Assembly (NCBI GenBank): GCA_035650735.1
Contig: DASRGZ010000198.1
Coordinates: forward strand, 62,001 to 118,373
Length of the DNA: 56,373 nucleotides
From: Chthonomonadaceae bacterium
GTDB taxonomy: Bacteria > Armatimonadota > Chthonomonadetes > Chthonomonadales > Chthonomonadaceae
Direction of reading: 5' to 3'
Shown: positions 18,441 through 27,841 of the stretch, one piece after another
Position numbering within the stretch: the first letter of the stretch is position 1
How the letters are laid out: every line of letters begins with the position of its first letter
Notes under the pieces: generated by a model
Databases searched by the model: none
What the model was told of the DNA's origin: nothing
What the model saw: only the letters and a program-made list of their open reading frames with translations
Translations under genes and position numbers: made by a program

Positions 18441-19130
18441 ATGGACACAGGGCGAACGAACGCGCGGCCCGAGCGCGTCGCTATCACTGAGAGGCAGAGG
18501 CACGTAGATATGGCAACCAGCGTCTGGAAACTGGCAGAGACTTTGATGGCCCCCGCCGTTCCAACCGGCGCAGCAGACATAGAGGAGCGTCAGGAGGAGC
18601 GCGCCTGGCTGGATCGCTGCGCCGCCGGCGAGGAACGCGCCATCCGGTGGGTGCTGCAACGCTATCGGGATCGGGTCGTGCGGCTGGCCGCGCATGTGCT
18701 GCACAACCCGCGCGAGGCCGAAGATGTGGCTCAGGAAGCCTTCGTCAAGGCGTTTCGCCAGATCGGGCAGTTTCGCGGCGAGTCGGGCTTCTATGCCTGG
18801 CTCTATCGTATCGTGATCAACCTCTGCCTGGATCGCATGCGGCGCAAGTGCGTCTCCGCGGAAATGCCCCTGGAGGAGGGAACGCTGCCCTCGCTGACAG
18901 CGTATACACCGGATGTGGACAAACGCCTTGCCGTAGTCCAGGTGCTCGAGTCGCTGACCCCGCCCATGCGGGCCGCCCTGGTGCTGCGGGAGGTGGAAGG
19001 GCTGGAATACGCCGAGATCGCCGCCGTCTTACAGATTCCGGTGGGAACCGTGCGCTCGCGGCTCAATACTGCTCGCGAGCAGTTCCGCCGTCGCTGGGTA
19101 GCTATTCAAGAGGAGTCCAATCATGTCTGA
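18441..19130 (+). CDS. ECF RNA polymerase sigma factor
   Basis: AEDVAQEAF, FYAWLYRI and YAEIAAVLQIPVGTVRSRL; start may be Met 18510. Confidence 0.95.
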   Translation: MDTGRTNARPERVAITERQRHVDMATSVWKLAETLMAPAVPTGAADIEERQEERAWLDRCAAGEERAIRWVLQRYRDRVVRLAAHVLHNPREAEDVAQEAFVKAFRQIGQFRGESGFYAWLYRIVINLCLDRMRRKCVSAEMPLEEGTLPSLTAYTPDVDKRLAVVQVLESLTPPMRAALVLREVEGLEYAEIAAVLQIPVGTVRSRLNTAREQFRRRWVAIQEESNHV

Positions 19131-19785
19131 TCGATGTCGGTTTTGGCGGCGACAGCTTTCGCGCCTAGCCGACGACACGCTGCCGATGGCACAGCGGAGC
19201 GCGCTGGAAGACCACCTGGCGCGCTGCCCGCGCTGTCGGGCCGCAGAAGAAGCGGACCGTGCGCTCCGTGAGGCTCTCAGAGCACAGAGGGAGGCACTGG
19301 ATGCCACCGCCGCCAATCGCTTTGATAATCGCGTTCTAGTGGCGTTGCGCCGCAGCGCCGTGCCCTCCTCTCCTGCTGGCCCTGCTCTCCTTCCTCGCCT
19401 TCTTTGGGTGCACCTTCGCTTGAATGTCCTGCCGCTTGAGTATCTGAGCCAGATCGCCTGCGGCGCGCTGGTCGCCGCCCTGCTCACGGCCCTGTGCCTG
19501 ACCTCCGCGCTGCATCCAGCCAGTTCGGGAACGACCGGCCCGGACAGTCCGGCGCGGGGCGGCCTCATTACCGTGGAGCGCAATGAGCCACCCGTGCCGC
19601 TGGAGTCCCTGCTGCAAAGCCCTTCGCCGCGCGCCGCCCTTTTATGGACGGCTCCCTCCGCGCCGAGAACAGGCCGCTTTACGCGGACCAGGCAGTCTCC
19701 TAAATCCGGCAAGCCCGCGCCGCAGCGTCCGTCAGTGCCCGTCAAGCAGCGCAGCGCGCTCATCGCCGACATCGTGAAGAGTTGA
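19123..19785 (+). CDS. zf-HC2 (ZAS) transmembrane anti-sigma factor
   Basis: HLARCPRC motif, one TM helix, overlaps the sigma stop codon. Confidence 0.85.
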   Translation: MSDRCRFWRRQLSRLADDTLPMAQRSALEDHLARCPRCRAAEEADRALREALRAQREALDATAANRFDNRVLVALRRSAVPSSPAGPALLPRLLWVHLRLNVLPLEYLSQIACGALVAALLTALCLTSALHPASSGTTGPDSPARGGLITVERNEPPVPLESLLQSPSPRAALLWTAPSAPRTGRFTRTRQSPKSGKPAPQRPSVPVKQRSALIADIVKS

Positions 19786-19819
19786 GGCTGGAAAGCCGAG
19801 GGAGAGGCAAGCGCCGATA

Positions 19820-21871
19820 ATGATTCACGATGGTTATTCCGTCCAGACGCCAGGGGTATCGCCGCCGGATACTCCTGGCGTTTTCGCCTCGGAGGAGAAG
19901 CGCTCGGCGCTCAGGCCACGTCCGCATCCCCGCTCCGGCTGGCTTATCGGCGCCGTGTGCGGCCTGCTGCTCGGGCTGTGGGCGTTCCCGCCGGTACGCT
20001 ACATCCTGAGCGCCCAGTTACAGCTTGCCTTTGTCGAAGATAGCGTTCCCTGGGTGCGCGTGCTGGATTCCCGGCGCGGCGAAATCGAGATACAGCGCCT
20101 GGATGCCACAGCGGCTGCCGATCCCGACGACTATCTGATGCAGATAGGCCGCGCCACCGCCCTGGCCGAGAGCGGCAGCATCCACACTTCCTCCATGTCG
20201 CCCGCAGAAAGCGCGGCGGCAGGCGATGACCGCACCCTGGTACGGCTGGGCATCATCGCGCGGGACTTCCCCACCGCTCCCGGCTCCTACGCGCACCTGG
20301 CCCGCTATATGATGCTGGATCGCGTGCGCATCCAGCGCAAGGAGCTCTACGCCCCTGGCCCACCGGCGCCGCGATCCCAGACAGATCCTGCCGGGCCGGC
20401 GCCGACGCTCGATCCGACCCTGCACTCCATCCCGGCCCGCCATAAGGACGTGCGGCTGATGGAGTGGGCGCTGCGTTCCGGCGAGGCGCGCGACCCGGAG
20501 AACGCCTTCTGGCCCGCCATGCGCGCCATCACCTATTTTGCGGCCCTGCGCGACGCCGACGCCCTCCGCGCCCTGGATCGCGCGGCCCACAAATCCCGCT
20601 GGGACGCCTATATCTATGAGGAGGTGCTGGGGCAGTGGCGGCTCTACTCCGCCGCCTATGGCGACATCGGCGCCACCCAGAAGATCGCCCCGCTCTCCCT
20701 GGTCGCGTTTCCGCATCTGCGCGAGATGCGCCGCATGGCCGAGCTGGCCCGCTGGTATGCCGAGCGCGCCGCGGACGAGGGCCGCACGCAGGAGGCGCTG
20801 CGCATTCGCCGCAACATTACTCGATTGGGCCGCACCCTGCGCGACACCGCGCAGTGGTCTATCGAAGCCCTGTTTGGCACCGACCTGTTTTTCATCGGCA
20901 ACACCGACTCCGCCGCCAACCTGGGGCCGGCGGCCATCCGTGATGTCAGCCAGTGGGAGCCGCAGGCGCGCAACTATCTGGGCCTGCTGGAGCGGTTGAA
21001 TCATCGAGGCACCATCGCCTGGCTGCGTCAGGAAGCGGCGGCCAGCTGCGCGCTGCGGCAGCGTGTGGATGTCGCCCGCTTCGATGCCTCCTATCCCGGC
21101 ACGCCGCCCGGCATTCCGCTGGTGCCGCTCTTCGGCAACTGGATGGTGGGCGTTAGCCTGCTCCAGCAGGCGCTGGCTCTGGGAGCGACTGCGTTGCTGG
21201 CTACCCTCTGCTATCGGCACCTGCGGACCCGGCCTGTCTACCAACCGGGCCTGGGCTACCCGGTCGTGCTGGCCTTCCTCCTCGCGTTCACTCTCCTCAG
21301 CGGCTTCTTTCTCTTCTCCGGCGAGCCCTCGCCGCGCATTGCCGTCGGCTTTCTTCTCGGCAGCACTATCTTGCTTATCCTTGGACTCGACGCGCTTGGG
21401 AAGGTAGAGGGCGATGCGGGGGACGTGGAAAGCCAGTGGAACCACGGCACGACGGCGCAGTTCCTGGCCCTGCTGCTGCTTCCCGGCCTGGCGGCGCTCT
21501 ATCTGCTGCGGCCTACCCTGAGCAGCCTGCATCCGGTTGCCGTGCTGCTTTCCAACCTGATGGGCGTTCCCCGCGCCCTGACGCCGGCGGGCGCGCTGGA
21601 AATAGCCCTGCTGGCAAGCGCGCTGCCGCTGGCGATCGCTCTCACCGCCTGTCTCTGGGCCGTTTTTCGGCGTCTGCCTCCGCTCGTCGGGGCGCTGGTC
21701 GGGCTGCGGCGCATGGCCTTTCCCGCGCTGATCTGCCTGGCGCTGGCCTACCTGCTGATCCTGGGCCGCACGCTGCGGCTGGATGCGACGGCCAGCCGTG
21801 CCATCAACGAAGCCGCGCAGAATGACCTGCAATGGGTGCTGACGCATAGCTCCCCACCCACCGACGATTGA
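19820..21871 (+). CDS. Hypothetical polytopic membrane protein with a large extracytoplasmic domain
   Basis: 683-aa ORF; N-terminal anchor and about 6 C-terminal TM helices; start uncertain. Confidence 0.75.
   Translation: MIHDGYSVQTPGVSPPDTPGVFASEEKRSALRPRPHPRSGWLIGAVCGLLLGLWAFPPVRYILSAQLQLAFVEDSVPWVRVLDSRRGEIEIQRLDATAAADPDDYLMQIGRATALAESGSIHTSSMSPAESAAAGDDRTLVRLGIIARDFPTAPGSYAHLARYMMLDRVRIQRKELYAPGPPAPRSQTDPAGPAPTLDPTLHSIPARHKDVRLMEWALRSGEARDPENAFWPAMRAITYFAALRDADALRALDRAAHKSRWDAYIYEEVLGQWRLYSAAYGDIGATQKIAPLSLVAFPHLREMRRMAELARWYAERAADEGRTQEALRIRRNITRLGRTLRDTAQWSIEALFGTDLFFIGNTDSAANLGPAAIRDVSQWEPQARNYLGLLERLNHRGTIAWLRQEAAASCALRQRVDVARFDASYPGTPPGIPLVPLFGNWMVGVSLLQQALALGATALLATLCYRHLRTRPVYQPGLGYPVVLAFLLAFTLLSGFFLFSGEPSPRIAVGFLLGSTILLILGLDALGKVEGDAGDVESQWNHGTTAQFLALLLLPGLAALYLLRPTLSSLHPVAVLLSNLMGVPRALTPAGALEIALLASALPLAIALTACLWAVFRRLPPLVGALVGLRRMAFPALICLALAYLLILGRTLRLDATASRAINEAAQNDLQWVLTHSSPPTDD
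19846..19884 (+). terminator. Terminator-like hairpin after the anti-sigma gene, inside the 5' end of the next ORF
   Basis: GACGCCAGGGGTATC-N7-GATACTCCTGGCGTTTT. Confidence 0.55.
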
Positions 21872-22096
21872 AAGTCCCTGCCTCCGATTTTGCCGGCGCC
21901 CCGACGTTTTCAGGAACACGCGAGCGCGCCTCGCTGTCAATACGCTGGATCGTCCGGCCAATAGCATCTGCATGCCGGCTGGCGATAAGCCTAGCGAGAA
22001 TCCCTCCCGATAGTGCTGCCTCCTCTCCTGGAGCGCACACCTTTTAAGAGGGATTTATACAGTGGGGAGCTATCAGACCGAGTGAGGACAAGACCC

Positions 22097-22393
22097 ATGC
22101 CATCCGATAAAGCGAAATTGACGCCGCCCCTCTCCGAGCCACACGAGCACCCGGAAGTTAGAGCGCAACATCAGGCGCAGATACAGGCTGCCGAAGAGGC
22201 CACGGATGAGGAGAGGCTGCCGGAACAGAAGCACACCAATCGAGGCGTGCCGACGCGCGGCAAAAAGAACCGATCCCTGACGAACGTGGTGGAGGGGTAT
22301 GCCACGCGAGACACGTCAGAAACAGAGGCGTACGAAGCAGAGGGCGCCCGGCCCGAGAGTCCTCCCGAGACGACGCCTCCTGCCGAGGAATGA
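22097..22393 (+). CDS. Small acidic hydrophilic hypothetical protein
   Basis: GAGG SD before ATG 22097; MPSDKAKLTPP...PPAEE. Confidence 0.65.
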   Translation: MPSDKAKLTPPLSEPHEHPEVRAQHQAQIQAAEEATDEERLPEQKHTNRGVPTRGKKNRSLTNVVEGYATRDTSETEAYEAEGARPESPPETTPPAEE

Positions 22394-22530
22394 GGAATAA
22401 GGATGAAGGATGAAGGCGGAAGGAGGAAGAAAATCCTTGCTCTTTTCCTCTTCTCGCCTTCCTCCTTGCTGTGAAGGATGAGGAGGAAGAAAGGCCCGTA
22501 CTCTTTTCATCCTTCCTCCTTCATCCTTTA
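22394..22530. repeat. Inverted heptamer tandem repeats (GGATGAA/TTCATCC) between convergent genes
   Basis: GGATGAAGGATGAAGGCGGAA ... TTCATCCTTCCTCCTTCATCC. Confidence 0.75.
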
Positions 22531-22531
22531 G

Positions 22532-23485
22532 TTATTTGCGCATGGCAAATTCACGGGCGGAGGTCAGTTGCCCCGCCGCGCCGAGCAGCTGGTTGCGGCT
22601 GGCGATAAACTTGGCGTACTCGGCCATGAAGACCTTGCCCGGGCCGCGCAGGTCAAACTCGGACGGATGGTTGCGGAAGAACTCGCAATGCACGCGCGTC
22701 CAGACCAGGCGACCGTCCGTGTCAATGTTGATCTTGCAGACGCCGAGTTCTGCGGCAGGCCGGTACTGCGCGGGATCTACGCCCTTGGAGCCTTGGATGG
22801 AGCCCCCCGCGGCGTTGATGCGCTCTACCTCGTCCTGCGGCACCGACGAAGAGCCGTGCATGACCAGCGGGAAGCCCGGCAGCCGCTTCTGGATGGCGGC
22901 CACGCGGTCGAAGTGGATGCCCTGGTTGCCGGCGAACTTGTAGGCGCCGTGGCTGGTGCCGATAGCGCAGGCCAGCGAGTCGCAGCCCGTCCGCATGACG
23001 AACTCGTAGGCTTCGTCCGGGTCGGTCAGGCAGGCGTTCTTCTCATCCACCTTGATGTCTTCTTCCACCCCGCCCAGCATCCCCAGCTCCGCCTCGACGG
23101 AGATCCCGTGCGCGTGCGCCGCCTCGACGACGCGCCGGGTGATCGCCACGTTCTCCTCGAACGGATGGTGCGAGGCATCGATCATCACCGAGGAATAAAA
23201 CCCGCTTTCGATGCACTCATAGCATGTCTGCTCGTCGCCGTGATCCAGATGGACGGCAAAGAGGGCTTCGGGAAAAATCTGCTCCGCCGCGCGGATCATG
23301 GCTTCCAACATCCGCTTATCGGTGTAGGAGCGCGCTCCTTTGGAAATCTGGATGATGAAGGGAGCCTGCGAATCCATGCAGCCGTGGAACAGCCCCATCG
23401 TCTGCTCGGCATTGTTGATGTTGTACGCGCCCAGCGCGTACTTGCCGTAGGCGTGCTCAAATAGAACGCGAGTCGGAACAATCAT
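22532..23485 (-). CDS. fba: Class II fructose-1,6-bisphosphate aldolase
   Basis: HLDHG, SSVMIDAS, VEAELG, AIGTSHGAYK, LVMHGSS and KINIDTD motifs. Confidence 0.95.
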   Translation of the reverse strand: MIVPTRVLFEHAYGKYALGAYNINNAEQTMGLFHGCMDSQAPFIIQISKGARSYTDKRMLEAMIRAAEQIFPEALFAVHLDHGDEQTCYECIESGFYSSVMIDASHHPFEENVAITRRVVEAAHAHGISVEAELGMLGGVEEDIKVDEKNACLTDPDEAYEFVMRTGCDSLACAIGTSHGAYKFAGNQGIHFDRVAAIQKRLPGFPLVMHGSSSVPQDEVERINAAGGSIQGSKGVDPAQYRPAAELGVCKINIDTDGRLVWTRVHCEFFRNHPSEFDLRGPGKVFMAEYAKFIASRNQLLGAAGQLTSAREFAMRK

Positions 23486-23734
23486 TACAGTCTACTTCTC
23501 CTTTGGCAATGCCTACCACGCCTGCGACGGGCAGACAAGGATCAAAAATGGGTTAAAAAGTCCTCTGGAGAGGGAACAGCCACCACAGGCAAACCTGGGG
23601 CTTTTCGCGCCTGGCGTGAAAGATACCGCCCTGCACCCGCTGAAATGCTTCCGGAGCGAGGAGGAGCCGGATCTGACGCCCGCGTGTGCCGCGCCCTATG
23701 CCTTCCAATTAAAATTGCTATGGAGCACGTTTCT

Positions 23735-23763
23735 ATTATAGTCGAATTTGCGGTAAAGTACAA
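23735..23763 (-). promoter_or_regulatory. Probable sigma70 promoter for fba with a long leader
   Basis: Minus strand TTGTAC-N17-TATAAT. Confidence 0.6.
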
Positions 23764-23894
23764 GACTTTGCACCAATAAACCGCACAGAACGGCTCTATT
23801 GCTTGAGATAACAACGCTTGCATGCTCTATCACCTGCGCGCCGAATCCCTGCAAAGCCTCCAGGACCCACCGTTCACCCAGTTGCATAAAAATG

Positions 23895-23940
23895 CCTCTC
23901 CCCTCTCCTTCTCAAGGAGAGGGGCCGGGGGTGAGGTCTA
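23895..23940. repeat. Family P palindromic repeat
   Basis: CCCCTCTCCTTCTCAAGGAGAGGGGCCGGGGGTGAGGTC. Confidence 0.75.
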
Positions 23941-24139
23941 TTTTCACAGCGACAGACACGCCGGCAACGACAAGCCCGGAGCCGCAGGGCCGAACGCCAA
24001 AAGAAAACCGGCTCCCATTTCACCGGCAAATGTGCCGGTTTTCGAGATGGAAGCCGGTTTTTGGCAAACCTGCCGGGGTAATCCGGCGGGAAATGATGAA
24101 TAATAGGGCTAGTTCCAGGAAAGGAGATGGGCCTACCCC

Positions 24140-24415
24140 ATGGACAGTACCCACGCCACGTCCCGTTTCTCGCTGCCGCCCTGCCAGCACTGTGGCGGCG
24201 AGTGCCAGCCGCAGCTAATCACCCTTACCCTGCGGCGCTCGCAGTTTAGCTACGCCCTCGTCCGCAACGTTCCTGCCGATGTGTGCCAGAACTGCGGCGA
24301 AATGCTGTTTACCATGCCCACCGCAGGACAGTTGATCGCTGCGCTCCAGGCAGGCCGCACTCCCGATGAGCTCGCCCTGATCCCTATCTACGACCTGGCC
24401 GTCGTCGCGCCCTAG
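24140..24415 (+). CDS. YgiT/MqsA-type zinc-finger protein
   Basis: CQHCGG...VRNVPADVCQNCGE. Confidence 0.85.
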   Translation: MDSTHATSRFSLPPCQHCGGECQPQLITLTLRRSQFSYALVRNVPADVCQNCGEMLFTMPTAGQLIAALQAGRTPDELALIPIYDLAVVAP

Positions 24416-24419
24416 CCAC

Positions 24420-25430
24420 TCACCGTTGTGTGGGCGCCTCTGCCGCCGCGCGGCCGGCATGGACGAGGGCGCGCGCATAACTCTCTCCGGCTCTCTGGTA
24501 GGCCAGCAGGATAGCCAGAGCTAGCGGCGCAGCGTAGCTGCCCCCACGCTCGACAAGCTCCCAGATCGGCGCTCCCGAGAGAGGATAGAGCAGTTCCGTC
24601 AGGACCTTCCAGCCCGCCGCGAACAGCAGGATCGGGATCGAGGGCGCGAGAAGTACCTGCAGGCCCAGCAGGATCTCAAACGAACCCACCGCCTGTACCA
24701 GATCCTGAGGCTGGAGGCTCCAGGCATCCAGCCTGACGGCGGCATACTGCTGAGCGAGCATCTCCTTGTGCAGAAAGGCGCCAAAGCCGCCGTGGCCGAT
24801 CAGCAAGAGCCCGACGGTCCAGCGCAGGAGGATCGCCAGCCTGCCGGCCGCCTCCAGATGCAATAACGGCGCCTTGATTTCGGAAAACCACTCGCGTGCG
24901 GTCCGGCCCCATCCGCTGAGCAGCAGGAAAGCCAGCGGCACGCCGTAGTTGCCCGCACGCTCCAGCGTCTCCCAGAAGGACTCGCCGGAAAGCGGCCGCA
25001 GCAGCGCGGTCATGAGCCCCCAGAAAGCCATATAGAGGAGCGCGGCGCGGCGGGGGCTCCACAGAGTGAGAATCCCCAGCGAGACATCTATCGAGCCGAC
25101 AACCGGCATGAGGCGGTAGGCCCACTCGGGCGAAATGCCAAACACTCCGAAATAGGGCACCCAGGCCGCCTTGGTCCGGACGCCGAACGCGCCGTGGCCG
25201 ATAAACTCGGCGGCAACGGCGATGCGGAAAATCCAGTGCAGCCAGATGGATGCGGGCGATAGGGAAACCGCCGTAACCCGGGCGCCCTGCATTGGAAGGG
25301 TAGAGCCGCCGGTCGGCGTCGCTCCCGCGGGGAGTGCAGAGGGGGCCGTGCGCGGCGGCAGCGCTCGCGCCTGCATCATGGGCAATGCAAACCGGCCCAG
25401 GTGAGAAAACGGCAAATGCTTCAGGCTCAT
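24420..25430 (-). CDS. DoxX-like membrane protein with an internal duplication
   Basis: Two similar halves (FIGHGAFG...ERAGNYGVPLA and LIGHGGFG...ERGGSYAAPLA); GGAGG SD before ATG 25430; the ORF-track extension upstream is repeat sequence. Confidence 0.75.
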   Translation of the reverse strand: MSLKHLPFSHLGRFALPMMQARALPPRTAPSALPAGATPTGGSTLPMQGARVTAVSLSPASIWLHWIFRIAVAAEFIGHGAFGVRTKAAWVPYFGVFGISPEWAYRLMPVVGSIDVSLGILTLWSPRRAALLYMAFWGLMTALLRPLSGESFWETLERAGNYGVPLAFLLLSGWGRTAREWFSEIKAPLLHLEAAGRLAILLRWTVGLLLIGHGGFGAFLHKEMLAQQYAAVRLDAWSLQPQDLVQAVGSFEILLGLQVLLAPSIPILLFAAGWKVLTELLYPLSGAPIWELVERGGSYAAPLALAILLAYQRAGESYARALVHAGRAAAEAPTQR

Positions 25431-25474
25431 GACGACTTCCTCCTTGTGCTGAGCCTTTTGGGGCCATTGTATTC

Positions 25475-25692
25475 TGGCCCCCACCCCTTTATCCCACTGC
25501 AAGGGCCGGGGCTGCAACGGACTGCCAGGGTCGGGGCTGCCATGGTTCGCCCCACTGCCAGGGTCGGCAAGGTTACGGCCCTTGCCTCCGCCTTGCGACA
25601 CCTTGCGATCCCCAAGAACAGGGGAGGGGAGACTTAGCTTCTCCGTTCCCCCTCTCCCGCAGCGTGGGGGAGGGGACAGGGGGTGAGGGCCA
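25475..25692. repeat. Composite repeat: family P element containing module A
   Basis: Three ACTGC(C/A)AGGG(T/C)CGG units; about 80 bp nearly identical to the reverse complement of 46796-46876. Confidence 0.85.
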
Positions 25693-25707
25693 TAGAAAAA
25701 CCCGAGC

Positions 25708-26424
25708 CTAACCGGACCGCGATACCTGCTCCAGACGCGCCCGATCCAGCACTACGATATGGCCTCGGTTGCGCTTAAGGATGTTGTTTTTCTCCAGTCG
25801 GTGCAGGTTCCGGGCCACCGTCTCCCGGCGCACGCCCACCAGGTGGGCGATCTCCTCCTGCGAGAGCGGTGGGCAGAGCCGTCCACTGGCCAAGTCCGCG
25901 CGTGCCAGCAGCAGCTTGGCCACCCGCGACAGCGACGAGTCGGAGGTGACCGCCACCAGGTTCTCGCTGGTCTGATTCAGGCGCTGGGCCAGGTTATGGA
26001 GCAGGGCGCGGGTCAGCTCAAACGAATCGCGCAGGACGGCGTAGAAGCTCTCCTGGTCCAGCAAAAGCAGCTCCGTCTCTTCCGCGATGGTCATGGCGGT
26101 GGCGGTGCGCGTGCCGCCGATAAGCAGCGCCATCTCACCAAAGAAATCGCCTGCCGTCATCAGCGCCAGAGTCGTCTCCTGCCCGCTGCCTGCGGCACTG
26201 CGGTAGATCTTGACGCCGCCGCGCACCACGATATAGAGCAGCGAGCCCGGATCGCCTTGAAAGAAGAGATGGACGCGCCCACCGTAGACGCGACGGCGGC
26301 AGGCAGCGGCAATGCGTTCCCGTTGGTCGTCGCTCATGCCGGCGAACAGTTGTACCTGCTTGAGGTAGTCGGCAGTGCTGGTCATCCCGGTTGTCTCCTT
26401 AGCAAGTTCCTGGCGCGCCTGCAT
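25708..26424 (-). CDS. Crp/Fnr-family transcriptional regulator
   Basis: cNMP domain (GDFFGEMAL..RTAT) and HTH (SQEEIAHLVGVRRETVAR). Confidence 0.93.
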   Translation of the reverse strand: MQARQELAKETTGMTSTADYLKQVQLFAGMSDDQRERIAAACRRRVYGGRVHLFFQGDPGSLLYIVVRGGVKIYRSAAGSGQETTLALMTAGDFFGEMALLIGGTRTATAMTIAEETELLLLDQESFYAVLRDSFELTRALLHNLAQRLNQTSENLVAVTSDSSLSRVAKLLLARADLASGRLCPPLSQEEIAHLVGVRRETVARNLHRLEKNNILKRNRGHIVVLDRARLEQVSRSG

Positions 26425-26638
26425 CAGACGCGCGCCTCCGTCCTCCCGCTCGCCATGTCAGGAACCACCGGCTGGCGAAGGGAGGCGGAAGAGGGCAGCA
26501 TCCGCGCGCTCCTTCGCCCCTCTGTTCATAAGGAGCGCAACGGCTCTATTGTAGGGAGACTCCGTGACCTTTGCAATGATCAAGATCACATCTGGAATTG
26601 GAAATTGATCACTCTGCGGCGCGGCAGAGGTCGTTTTC

Positions 26639-27595
26639 TCACGCGGCAGCCGTCTGCCGTTCCCGCTCGTCCCGGCGCATTGCAGCAATGAGGGCGCGCA
26701 GCGTCTCCTCGGCCGATTCGTAAGGAACCTGGCAGGTGCCCGCCGACTCATGGCCGCCGCCGCCAAAGGAGCGCATCAGTGTGCCGATGTCGGTATGGGA
26801 GGTCCGATTGATAATGCTATGGCCGCAGGCAAAGACGCAGTTCTGGCCGCGCAGCCCGTCCACGATCCAGATGGAGGTGTTCTGTTCCGGATAGAGGGCA
26901 TAGACGAGGAAGCGGTTGCCCGCATAGATGGGGCTGACGCCGCGTAGATCGGTGATCACCACATTCCCCTCCGTCCACGTATGCTCGGTGAGCATCTGCC
27001 GGAACAGAGCGTCCTGCTCGAAGTAGCGCGTCACCCGCTCCTCGACGTCCGGCAGGCTCAGTATCTCCGTGATGCTCAGGTGCGTGCAGGCGTCAATCAG
27101 TTCGTACATGAGCTGGTAGTTACTGATGCGATAATCCTTGAATCGGCCCAGCCCGGTGCGGGCATCCATGATAAACGAGAGCAGCGGCCAGCCCGTCGGA
27201 TGCAGGATCTCCTCCCGCGTGAACTGGGCCGAGTCGGCCTTATCCACTGCCGCCATGATCTCGTCCATCGCCGAGCCGAACATGGCCCTCCCCCCGTAGT
27301 AATCGTAGACGACGCGCGCCGCGCTGGGCGCCAGCCGGCAGGCGCCCCGAAATTCCAGCTTGCCGACGACGCGCTCGAACTCCGTCAGATGGTGATCAAA
27401 CCAGAGGCCGCAGCCGGGCACATAGGGCACGTTGGTCAGCACATCGTCGGGAGTCACCTCAAATTTGCCGTCCTGCAAATCCTTCGGGTGAACGAACTGA
27501 ATGGAGTCGATAGTCTCTACCTGCTTGAGCAGCACCGCGCAGACCAGGCCATCGAAATCAGAGCGTGTAACCAGGCGCATAACCTTCTCCTTCAT
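26639..27595 (-). CDS. DHH-family phosphoesterase (exopolyphosphatase/nanoRNase-like)
   Basis: RSDFDG, WFDHH and GGGH..AG motifs. Confidence 0.88.
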   Translation of the reverse strand: MKEKVMRLVTRSDFDGLVCAVLLKQVETIDSIQFVHPKDLQDGKFEVTPDDVLTNVPYVPGCGLWFDHHLTEFERVVGKLEFRGACRLAPSAARVVYDYYGGRAMFGSAMDEIMAAVDKADSAQFTREEILHPTGWPLLSFIMDARTGLGRFKDYRISNYQLMYELIDACTHLSITEILSLPDVEERVTRYFEQDALFRQMLTEHTWTEGNVVITDLRGVSPIYAGNRFLVYALYPEQNTSIWIVDGLRGQNCVFACGHSIINRTSHTDIGTLMRSFGGGGHESAGTCQVPYESAEETLRALIAAMRRDERERQTAAA

Positions 27596-27841
27596 CGTAG
27601 CCGCTGGCGCCTTCCGCCTTCTGCGGCAGAAGATTTATTCCATACCCGGGCCGTATTTATCAGGGCAAATCCCGCCGCACCCGGAACATCCGATCACGCC
27701 GCCGCGTCTAATGAGCGATCTCAACCACCGGCTCCAGTGTCCAGGCTGCTCCTGTGCTTGAGGAGCGGCCCCTGGCCGAGCGTAATAGCCCTATGATACT
27801 TCCACGCGGGAGCCGGCGCGGATGGATTCGGAGATAGAAAG

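Noticed and set aside
23542..23823. Degenerate PIN toxin ORF ending SPEDFLTHF
   Set aside because: No conserved acidic PIN residues; the region is better explained as the fba promoter and leader.
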